In this document: positions 41,366 through 52,780 of the stretch, in pieces
Layout: every line of letters starts with the position of its first letter
How positions within the stretch are numbered: position 1 is the first letter of the stretch
Assembly: GCA_003344405.1 (NCBI GenBank)
Contig: NOWV01000017.1
Coordinates: forward strand, 620,001 to 684,000
Origin: Trichoplax sp. H2
Taxonomy: Eukaryota
DNA length: 64,000 nucleotides
Direction: 5' to 3'
Notes under the pieces: model-generated
The model's database searches: none
What the model saw: only the letters and a program-made list of their open reading frames with translations
Told to the model about the DNA's origin: nothing
Position numbers and translations under genes: made by a program

Positions 41366-42367
41366 CTAATTCGTGGCATTTCTATGTATTATTTTATGCT
41401 TAGTTAAAGCTCCCGACTGAGTAAATGATTTACCGCACACTAAACACTTATACGGCTTCTCTCCGGAATGAATTCGTTCATGTTTTCTTAGTTGACTAGA
41501 GTCTGTAAATCGTTTACCGCAATCAGAACATGAATACGGCTTTTCACCTGAGTGTATCCTATAATGCTTTTTCAGGTCATTGGCTTGCACGAATCTTTTG
41601 TTGCAAACATCACATTTATGTCTCAGATCTCCAGTATGAATTCTTCTATGGATAGTCAAATGATAAGGTTGGGTGAAAGCTTTCGTGCAAATATCACACT
41701 TGTAAGGTCTTTCACCAGTATGAATCCTCATATGACGAGTTAGGCAGTGATAACGATCAAAAGCTTTATTGCAGATTTTACAATAATGGGTTCCAGTAAT
41801 ATTAGTACCAGAACTACGGGTACCAAGGCGTTTGGTAATACTATCGTCTGACCATGTTTTGTCGTTTACAGGCTTGTCATTGTCAGAAATTTTTGTAGCA
41901 GTCACCGGTTGGATAACTGGCGAAGCAGTTTCTTTATGATGTTCAACAGGGTTCACGGGATTGGCAATAATGGCACCTGGTGACGCAGGCATGTACATTC
42001 GATTGCAAAAGAGGTAGTCAAACGGTAAACAACCAAAATATCCTGACATACCTAACTTGAAATTAACACCAAAGGTATTCATTAACGGCTGGATGGCAAA
42101 ATTCTTTTGAGGATATTGGTGGCAAAGATTACCACCTCCTTGATATTTTATCAGTGTTTTATCGTGAACACTACCCAAATTATGAAGGATTCGATCGACA
42201 GAAAATGGCAATGGACTAACTGCTTTACTAGCATCTGATTTAACCGCTACGTGATTGGGTTTACCGGTGCTTTCCAAGCCATCTCGATAGTGAGAGTTCT
42301 CATGAAGAGCTCCGATTGACGCATTATAATTGCTGAGAAAAGTGGGTCCCATGTAACTTCCTGCCAT
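41366..42367 (-). CDS. C2H2 zinc-finger transcription factor, 5 fingers, eh1 motif, N-terminal domain missing from the ORF (cluster gene 4)
   Basis: 333-aa ORF with five fingers paralogous to genes 1 and 5. FSVDRIL at 42185-42205. In-frame TAA at 42392-42394 upstream; true 5' structure uncertain. Confidence 0.87.
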   Translation of the reverse strand: MAGSYMGPTFLSNYNASIGALHENSHYRDGLESTGKPNHVAVKSDASKAVSPLPFSVDRILHNLGSVHDKTLIKYQGGGNLCHQYPQKNFAIQPLMNTFGVNFKLGMSGYFGCLPFDYLFCNRMYMPASPGAIIANPVNPVEHHKETASPVIQPVTATKISDNDKPVNDKTWSDDSITKRLGTRSSGTNITGTHYCKICNKAFDRYHCLTRHMRIHTGERPYKCDICTKAFTQPYHLTIHRRIHTGDLRHKCDVCNKRFVQANDLKKHYRIHSGEKPYSCSDCGKRFTDSSQLRKHERIHSGEKPYKCLVCGKSFTQSGALTKHKIIHRNATN

Positions 42368-42387
42368 TTCATAAAGTGCCCATACAG

Positions 42388-42780
42388 TTACTTACAATGA
42401 AAATGATTTGATATATGCGTCGGCTCTTTTACCTTTGAAAGATCTACCAGTAGCTGCAAGTAATAATAAATGATTGTCACTTTGACGTTCGTTTTAGCTT
42501 TTTGAACTGATCTTGAACCAACGGTAATACTTTTAAAAAGGTCAAGCTTCACGATGGGCGATGTAGTAAAGAGAAGGATAGATTCTATTACCAACTTGGA
42601 TTCGTTTATTAGCTAATTACATAAAATTACGCAAGATATATGTTCCAGTGGACGGAAGGCAAAGTCGTGAGTCAGACGATTTGTAATCCGTTACGATTGT
42701 ATCGTTTCGTTTCTTACGAATCGCTGATGTTCAGAGGCGTACTTATTTTGTTTTTACGTGTCGAGTATCGAATCTACAGC
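42388..42780 (-). pseudogene. Putative decayed N-terminal-domain coding relic (or partly a cryptic exon) of gene 4
   Basis: One minus frame reads AVDSILDT*KQNKYASEHQRF...RITNRLTHDFA...VILCN*LINESK, matching gene 2 motifs in order. Internal stops at 42754-56, 42691-93 and 42613-15. Confidence 0.5.
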
Positions 42781-43384
42781 AAGTACAAACAAAATATGTT
42801 TTAAAATATACATCTTTCATATTTGAAATAGTGAAATCAAGAAACAATGTGATAAAAAATACGCCTATGGTACATACAGTATAAACAAAGTGGGATCATC
42901 AAGATGTTAATTGAATGGTATACCGTATGTACTGTACATACACGTATATTACAGATTAAACTGCAAAGACATTGAAGTTCACTATGTTCTTGGTACAGTA
43001 TAGAGTACACAGATTCAATTCCTCGGTATACAGTAGTAGTATTATTTGAGTAATTTAGCGCTCTATTTGACAGTCAAATGTAAAAAGTTTGCTTCCTTCA
43101 AGCTACTTTACTAACTGTAAATTTATTTCAAATCATAGTTTATAAAAGCGCAAAATTTGATTTGAATATTCAAGTTCCATCGATAGCATGGTACGGTACT
43201 GTACGCTATACAGTAATACTTTATGTTGTATCTACTCAGTACAGTAAAATGTATCAAAGTGATCTGTGGGTGATGCCTACGGGTGTTCTCACGAGTAGTC
43301 AGTCATGTGTCCATCTACCCATTATATTGTATTGTGTATAATAATGTAGTGAGGTCGTAGGTCGCACACGTTGATCTCCAGATT

Positions 43385-46300
43385 GAATACGTACTGTACC
43401 GTGGAGTCAGGGCTGTTACGGGCTTGCTTGTACAGTATGAGAAATCTTTGCCACTACAGTGTACAGTATGAAAATTACGAAATGTACAGTAGACCTCTAT
43501 ATTCAGTATGTACTATACTGTACTGTACCCACAGTACCGTACGCAACGCTAAGGCATTGCACTAGTTTTTTTACTGTACTGTACTACAGTGCGTTTTTGG
43601 TCGAAGTTTGTTTCTATTTTTTTTTCAGTTTTTTTTTTTTATACTGTTTAGAAGTCAGTTTTTAATTTTTGTCAAAATACCGTACACTGCATAATGGTAT
43701 TTTTGGTAAGAAATACATCTAAAGTACGATATATAATGGATGAATATTAGTTGTGTATCACTACGTCAAAGTATATATTTTTACACTACTAAGTACTCAA
43801 CTACTCGTAAGTTGAAAGTTATCGTGAGGATTTCATCAAGAGAAGCTTTGGTGCTTACTTTTCTGAGTTAAGGCCAGTTATAATATTTATTTTTTTTAAT
43901 CAAGTTAGCTAGCTAGTTTAACTTTAATCTATGTTGAAATACCTGTAAAAATATCGGCACCGTTGTCAATCGTCGATTACCGGCTGGATATTCCAAGAAG
44001 TATTGAAAGTATCGAAAGGATACGTATTTTATCAAATACAAGAAAAAAAATAACTGAATGTATACTATAATTTCGCGCAACTCGCACGACTGGATTTGTC
44101 AGGACACCTTTTACAGGGTGGTGTAGTTATCCCAAAATTTACTTCTAGTGCCACAACGCCTGTCAAGGAAGGGAATTGGTTAATTTTGGACAAAATATAG
44201 CAGATGAAAAATGATTTTCATCGGCTCTAAGAATGCGAAAACACCTTACCTCCGAGAGAAAAAGGGAAAATGATCCCTGCGTACGAATGTCTAGAGGAAC
44301 GGAGAAAAACTAAGTAACCTAGAATAGTAACGCCTGCTATAAGAATGCCAATAACTCAGGAAAACTGTACAGTACTGTACTGTACTGTACAGTACAATAC
44401 ACTCTGTACACTGTACTGTACGCCCAAGAAGTGTCACGGGATGGTAAAAAGGTATACGCCCTCGAGACACTGCGTAACGATGCGCGTATTGTACAATACT
44501 GTAGTCAAACAAAAGGAAAAAGAAAAATGTGTACAGTACAGTAGTAGTCGAGTCGACTGGTGATGGCCTCCTACCGTACCTGGCTCGTACCACGTACTGT
44601 GCAGACAGTGCAGTATGACATTATACTGCACTATAAGAAAAAGCTGTACCGACCTTACAGTACAGTATGTGGTCTTCTACTGTACAGTGTACAGTACTAG
44701 TCCATAACTCTTTACAGTATAATGTTGAGTCCCTGTTGACCCAAACATTTCCCTAGGGTAATGACTGCCGTACAGTACCAGAAGAACGTCTTCTTCGAGT
44801 CCATGTAGTTTGTACTGTACGTACACCGTACAGTACAAACTAACTGGATGTTATTACAGTACTGTAATGCTATTCTTCTATCAAGGACTCTTGCAGAGAC
44901 ATACTGTATTCTCTCTAGCTCAGAATCGCTGCGGAAAATGTGGGAGATTTTTTCGTAAATAATTAGAATAAGCAGTAGGAGGGAACTGGCTGGGCTGGGC
45001 TTGAAACCCGTCCAATCTTGGGATTGATTGATTTAATAAGAGATTACAGTAGTCAAAGAAAAAGAGGAGGATTTCTTTTTTAGCTGCAGTCCTTGAGTTA
45101 AAAAAACTACGTATGAAGAGGACTGTCATATGTGTGAAAGTTAAGTAACCAATCATGGCGGTGTTCAGTGTTTACCGTCTCGCGCTCGGTAAAGTACTAG
45201 GTCAACGGGAGCTCTTAGCGCTAGGAGGGCCAAGCAGGTCTGCAGCAATGTTAAGCGCTTGATGGATATTTTTTGTTAGCCTGATTTCTTTGAAATGTAG
45301 AAAGTAAAAATGCGTTACGGATATTGGATAACCACTGTTTAAAAATGAAATACTCCATTCTTTTGTTCGACCGATCGATTACTTTCTTACCAAGTAAAGT
45401 ACTCTTGTCGTGAAGAGAGCGAGATGAAACCGTAAAGGTAAAATAAAAGATTAAAGATCCTCACCACAACTGTACTTCTATTTATTATACAGTACTGTAT
45501 TTTGCTTCGCAAATGCAGCAGTGCGGTGCAGTAGTTTACGTAGCATAGATTACTGTACTCAGTGTACTATACAGTACAGTACACTGGACACTGAGTGGAC
45601 CGTAGTCACTGACCAACTGTACGGTACGCTGTAATACTGTAATCATGTAATAAGTAGACTGACTGTTCTTTTCCAAAATGTCACCGCTCACTTTGCCAGT
45701 GATGAATTAATAAACTTAATTAAGCTCTATACGGTATCTAGGACTCTGTAGACTGCAGTTGCTAGAACGTATACATATATACATTAATCATTAATTAGTG
45801 TATGATTGGAAGTTCGCAATCTCCATTTGTAATTTTATGTACTTGTTTATTTACCTCCATGAATGTGGCATGAAATTTAGTAGTCCATGGATGGTACTAG
45901 TGTACAGCACTCTACAAATTTAGTAGTCCATGATACTACACATACCGGTGACATACGTAGTACGGTAAAAAGATAAAATTAAAGGGTTAACTAGCCTAAA
46001 AGAATAGTGTTGAGTTACCGATATTTCTGAATAAAAAAGTCCGCTTATATTATTAATTATCATTGTTGTTTGTTTGATTATTTATCTTGATTTTAAAGAA
46101 AAAATTACACAATGCTGTCCAAGAGACTGCATGCCGTTGGACCAGACTCTATTACAGTGTTATACAGTATAGTACAGTACTTTTTCCCAAAAATTTATTC
46201 CATTTCTACGACACAGTCGAAAGTTTGATGGGCGTCTGAAAGCAACAATTTTGCTGATCAAATGGGTACTTGATTAGAATCGCGTTGGAAGTTAACTTCA

Positions 46301-47020
46301 ATGAATTGTTAGCCCAAGGATCAACTTGATCCCAATTTAGGCCTTGGTGATTGAATGTAGCTAACTTCATTGCTAGACAAACTACAGTCATTGGTACAGT
46401 TATAGAGGTTTCTTAGTACAGTAAATAAGAGAAAAATTCGGGACATGGACTTGTTCAAGTAGTCCTTTCTAGCTGTCCATGGTACAGTCATAGAGGTTTC
46501 TTAGTACAGTAAATAAGAGAAAAATTCGGGACTGAAAGTCGCTGTTCAGTGGAACAAATGTGCAGGCCGTTGCTGTAAATCAGTACATAACAACAATTCG
46601 ATCAATTACACATAGTAAAACCTTCACCAGCACGTACATTTGTTTAGCAGTAGCAAATCAAGTGCCGAGTTGGCCAATGCAGCTGGGAAATTTGATTTTG
46701 AAAATTATTCTTGATGGACTCCTAATACTGTACATTACAGCAGGCAGCCATGCTTTCGATTGCTCAAATTACTCTTGAGTGAAGTGTCGTAGAGAGTGTA
46801 ATACGTACACTCACTCACTGGCCTATTACAGTAGTAAACTGTTACTCTACTCTACTGGTACTGTACCGGTATCGTATAATGCTTGAAGATATCCCTATAC
46901 TGTACAGTACTTGACACGTGTACACTGTACTGTACAGTACAGTACCAGATATCGTAGTAATAAACGTCAGTGTTCCACAGTATACTGTATTATAGTCTGT
47001 ACTGTAGATATCTACTGTAA
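43385..47020. repeat. Scattered TACAG/CTGTA arrays upstream of gene 4
   Basis: Blocks at about 43390-43590, 44363-44425, 44655-44870, 45470-45640 and 46855-47020. Confidence 0.75.
46392..46532. repeat. 53-bp direct repeat (1 mismatch) with 35-bp spacer
   Basis: TGGTACAGT[T/C]ATAGAGGTTTCTTAGTACAGTAAATAAGAGAAAAATTCGGGAC at 46392-46444 and 46480-46532. Confidence 0.9.
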
Positions 47021-47893
47021 ACGGTTTCTGTATGAACGAGTACGTACTAGTTGAATGTGTTCATGGCTTTGACGTTTCAGCTCGCTGACACCATCCTGCG
47101 CGTCACACTCTTCTCACTCTCGGGATAGGGTATTTAAACATTAATGCAGTAATTAAGTTAATTTTATTGAAGACTAATTTTATTGCATCATAATTTCGCT
47201 TGACAGTGTAGTATTAACGTTATACTTTGCCTTTGGAATAATTGGATAAAATTCATGCGAATCTACTGCACTACTAGGTTGCTTTCGCAGCGGCAATATC
47301 CGCTTCAATCGATCGAGAAAAACTTCATTCATTATACGCATACATAAGATGGAATATACACTTCTAGTATACCATAACGTTCACCACAGTGGACTGCCAA
47401 ATTTACTATACGATATATTTTAGTCAATCGTATGAAGGCGTAATTCTACAGGCAAGTGCTACAAAATAGTAACTAAAACCGATGAGCAAGTCTTGCAAGA
47501 GAAGCCAATCAACAGCATTAGCAATTACCATAGAGTTACTATTTCTCAATACATCTCGACAATAATTACGGACTGTACGTCAATTTTGGACCATTATACA
47601 AGTTAACACATAATAAATTAGTTATTGTAAATTCTCCAGATAACTTATCCTCAACAGTAACCGATTGATTGATTGACCGTAGTAATTTGGCTGTTATGGC
47701 GCTCTCACTGGAAAAATTGAAAGCTAATTTTGATAATATTGGAACGTCAATTGTTACAGTATTCATCATAAATTCATTTATTAGGGCATCGATGATTATA
47801 CGCGTACACTTAATTACTGCTAATGTGCGTTAAACAGTACGTATAAATCGATGCGCAATGTGATCAGAATAAATCAATTAACCCTACCATGGA

Positions 47894-48095
47894 TACTATA
47901 AATGATGATTATGACATATTATCACTTCTTATACTGTCTAGCTGATCTCACACATCTAACTGGGTGTTGCGGGTAATAAGTTGTTATAGTCGCAAGTAGT
48001 TAACTAGCGCCAGTACTGATGATACTATAAATGATAATTTGGACTTATATGTTTTTCTTGATATGCTACTAGTCAATCTTGTACATCTAACTGTG
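47894..48095. repeat. Diverged direct duplication, period about 130 bp
   Basis: ACTATAAATGAT[G/A]ATT at 47894 and 48024. ACATCTAACTG at about 47952 and 48083. Confidence 0.65.
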
Positions 48096-51000
48096 GGTTA
48101 TCAATAATAGAGAGTATCAGCCAGACTCAAGCATTTGTTCAGTGGCTATTTTTTATTATATAAACTCGTATACTGTTAATCTAGGAATACATAAACATAA
48201 ATATTTAAAACCTATGAATCGTGTATCAAGTCGCATCGTAGTTTTTGGCAAGTAATACAGACTTCATAATGCTAGTACTCATTTTTGAAATTCCAGAAGT
48301 GATTGTGACGCAATGAGCAAATAGTTTTATACAGTAATTACTACAGATATTAGAAGTATAGGAAACTTTGTCTTGAATATTGGTAGTAATAATGAAGATG
48401 TGGTCAGTGATCAAAATCAACAATAAGTTTATTTACCTGCTGCACCCATTTATGAAATTAAGATGACAACATCAAATATTTCATCTGATAATTATGAATT
48501 GTGTACCAAGATATCATCTCTGTATTTTATATAGCTTTATCGTTATATACTTTCCATGTACTAGCCACAACTGGTGCCCTTTCCTATATGTGTAAATACT
48601 GGTCGCTGTTCTGCACGCTCTACAGATAGTATAACTTAATGTTAGCCAGTATAGTGCTACAAATAGGGTACTAATAACTATCACTAATGATTCGAAGTTG
48701 ACACCTATCAATTATGGACTACATTTTATAAATCTTTGATATTGGCTGATAGTTTAGTGACTTAGGGAAGCAAATACATATCTCCTGATATCGACTAGCT
48801 AGGCGCCTGATACTGTATTATGCATTACCATGGCAAATGCTAATAAAAAAACCGTCATAACAGTTATATGCTATAAATTTATTAGATGAATCCATCAAAG
48901 ATAAAAACCATAAATATTATCAATAGAACACTTATTTGTACTCATGATGCAGCACTTGCTGAATGCTTTATATTCATTTTGAATTGATATATCTATCGCA
49001 TAAGTTTACGATACATCGAGAAAATATTTAGACTGTCAATTTAGACAAATCTGAATACATAATGACCCAATTTGTGACTTAAAAGATAAGATCTTATGAA
49101 GTAAAACACCCATAAATAGAGCTTTGAAAGAAGATTTTACATTCTTATTAATCATCAAAGACTTTTACTATGATCGAGAGAACTTAATGAACTATAATTC
49201 AGAGGATAACATTTGGATAATTTGGACATGATACAAGGACGTTTATTGAAATATACGACATCATTGAAAAAATGCCCAGCGTCGTATTGAAAATTATATA
49301 TATGTTATGTTAACATATATATATATATATATATAATGGTTAAGGATAATCTGATTATAGAGTTTTCAGCGGCATCTTGAGTCAAGACGCATACAATAAT
49401 TTATGCTCTTGAATACAGCTTGATTCAAAATTTGCAATGTGCACATAAATATGCGTATGTACAACGAAAATAAGATAACTACAGCTTGTTAACTACATGT
49501 GAAAGAGTCAAAGCAGATGCACTAGGCTGAAAAGTTTTCGGTGTAAGTGAACGCTGTCTGCTATACAGAGATAAAAACATATTGATACTAATGTAAAGAT
49601 AAATGAATACGAATACATAAAGGGAACATTCGAATAAAGATTGAAGGGAAATCTAACATTAGAGCAGCCTCCTTTTTCAAGAATGTAAATGAACATAACT
49701 ATATAAAATGCATCGATTTGTAATCTAGTCAACAAGATTGAATCATTTGCATTGTGCCCACTCACAGATAAATTTAATTCGGTGTCCGAGCTCATAAAGG
49801 TGTTTGCAATCGTCGAATGCTATCAGATAAATGCACTGGTACATAATTCTTAAATGAGTTAAATGCCATGCTTGCGCCTGCATTACGTACCTATCATAAC
49901 CTAGAGTTACGTTATATTTATTGCTATAGCATGTCTACCATGTAATTGAAAGGTTTATTATCTGCTTTACAATGCAGAAGTAAGAAAAAACTAAAGTTTA
50001 AAGCGATGATGACGTGAGATTTTTGCTATTTGATAAAATGTAAGAGTCGCGAACAGTATAGTTATATATCTTCTTACCAGCGAAGCAAAGATAATCAAGC
50101 AAGAAAGTAAGGCAACAAAATAAATTAAAATATCGCTAATTAATAAATTTTTATAAAAAATACTATATTAGGATTGAATTTCATCGATTCGCTTTTCATT
50201 GCCATGTTAAAACATGTTCAAATAAACAAGTTCTAGTCTAGTAATGAATCCAAAGAAATATCAATATTAAGAGTTAGTACTGGACATTACTGGACATGCA
50301 TAAAGCAGCTATCTATTGCCACCTTATATTCCATATCAGTTTAAACTTAAAATTGTAAGTACACATGTGTTGATTCGTGAATTTTTTATTCCGCTATTTT
50401 CGTAGCTATATGTGCGTTAGAGGTATTTAAACATATAAGACATTAAGAAACTCTTTATTTGAAATTATTCCTGAATTACAATTGAAATATATCTACTTTC
50501 CTATTAATGTCAATTTCGCCTTAAATTAATGCCCTGTGCAGGCCAATGTAGTTTATTTAGTACAAAAATTTACTATTCAGGTAAAATAATCATTTTAATA
50601 ATATCCTTGTTACTCAGTGTTAAAATCCCCTCCTTCTTAATGAAATGATGATCACTGACCTTATTTACCGAATTCAGAGTACTATTTCCCGTTTGTATGC
50701 TAGTAAAATATAATAAATGTTACATATTTTCACGTTTACTGATCATAGAACCAAATCAATTATTATCTCCAATAGGCAAGATTTTGCTTTAGATAGTAAT
50801 GACGATGTAATTTAAAATGCTTAAATTATATTTAATAATATACTGTTGAAAAAGTAATAAATACTACATTCTAATTTGAAGCACGAATGTATATGCAGCG
50901 CTGCTAACATTTCTTTAGTGCGGTAGACTCACTATGATAAAAACCCTCAAGAAATATTGCTTAACAGTTTATTCATATGAGAAATATCAGTTTGTTAACA

Positions 51001-52780
51001 CGAAAACCGTCAATGAAGTATATTTTATTTCATGAACTAATTTATCATATTACATTATTCATATACATTATGAATATAGTATTTTTAATATTTCAAATTT
51101 CCTTTATATCAGCGTCATGACGATTAGACATCAAATCTAAAAATTTGATATACGAATAATCTTAAATAATAATTTTTATTAGCATAATTACTCACAGTTT
51201 GACCGAGAGGCCAAATTTCTATATAGTGTTACACTACTAAACTACATACCCTCGATAATTTATAACGATCTCAACGCGATTTTAAGATTCATTGCAAATA
51301 AATATTTATACGTTATTGAAAAAACTATGTATCCACTCCATTTGTGACCACATAGATACTGGCGTGTAGCAGTGGAAGTAACCCATTTATAGATTAGTAA
51401 CTATAACATTCAAGCGATATTCCGTTTCAGTATCTATAAAGCCACAATGTATGTACTGTACAGTACATATACTATAGTCTAGACAGCTCTCCTTTAGTGT
51501 ACTGTATAGTACAATAAGTATATGGACAGATTTAAGATTTAAACAATAAAGAGACCGGTAGGTATAGATTTTAATAAACTGAAAGTGATATATATATATA
51601 CTTAGTTTTCATCGAAGTTAGGTATTATTAGAAAAGCATAGAATCTTTTCAATGATAATTGTTGAACTTTCAATTTATTCTCTTATATAGAGTTTAAAGA
51701 GTACTCAACCTACGGCTTTCTTAGATTAAATTTGTTCTTTATGAAGAAGCATACTTAATAATTCTATCATATCAAATTAGTTATTGTATATCGGTTTATA
51801 TATATATATATAGCGGTTTACAGTTATATCATTCCTAGACCTTGCAATATTAGGACAGTATTGAGTAAGAAAACTGTGCAAATTTTTTTGATTCAGATAG
51901 TATTGCTTCTACAAATACGAATGTCAAAATTTATTTTATGCGGTAATATGGGCGTTAAGGTTACCATCTCGTCAGTAGTAAAGCCCAAGGCTTTAGAGAT
52001 TAACTACTATAGTAATTAAAACCTCATTTTTAACTTTCCTTCAATATAGCACGAAAAAAACCGAAGTAGTGCAAATGGCCATAAAATAAAAGTGCGTTAC
52101 GACGTGCATCGATAGGCAATTGTTATTACTACGTAGCAATAGAAGGAAAGGGCTAGGGAAAAAGTTTACTTTTGGGACCGTTACTTCTATCGACATATAT
52201 CTGTTAAGATACGCTTAGATGTCACTTATTAACAGTATTATAACTATAGAATTTTAATATGCGCGTTTTGTTTATTAGTCTTCATATTTAAACTGTTAAA
52301 GGTATCAGATACGAAGAAATATTTACGCGGTTACGCATTTCTTATAACAATCGCCAAAAAATTAACTATGCCTATTCAATTTAGACATATTTCAGAAAGG
52401 GTTATTGGAATAACTTATTTAGTATTAAATATTGTTTAAATAAAAGATGAAAATTGTCTGCAGCGGTGAACAAGAATCATTTAGTACGCGTATATTGATT
52501 ATGAAATAAATATAGCAAGCAGATATAAGTACATTTAGCCTTGGCTGTTAAGGCTTTTAATGGTATGGTACAGAATTAATGTCATTAATGCAGGTTAGAT
52601 ATGCAGATTTATGTATATATATACTTTATCTTCACACTAAAGGCCTTACTAGACATTTATAAGGGTTACAAGTCAAGCGCTAGAGTGGTAGAATTTCGCA
52701 CATTTTTAGTTAAATTTTCAAGTATAATGATAAAAGTAGTGTCTAACTGGTTGCGACTATTCACTTTTTTTGTAATGCAG

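Noticed and set aside
44920-45330. GC-richer segment as ncRNA or exon (contains CCAATCATGGCG)
   Set aside because: No recognisable tRNA, snRNA or snoRNA signature and no credible ORF. It may be regulatory, but this is unsupported.
46392-46532. CRISPR-like repeat-spacer-repeat
   Set aside because: Only two 53-bp copies, eukaryotic context and no cas genes.
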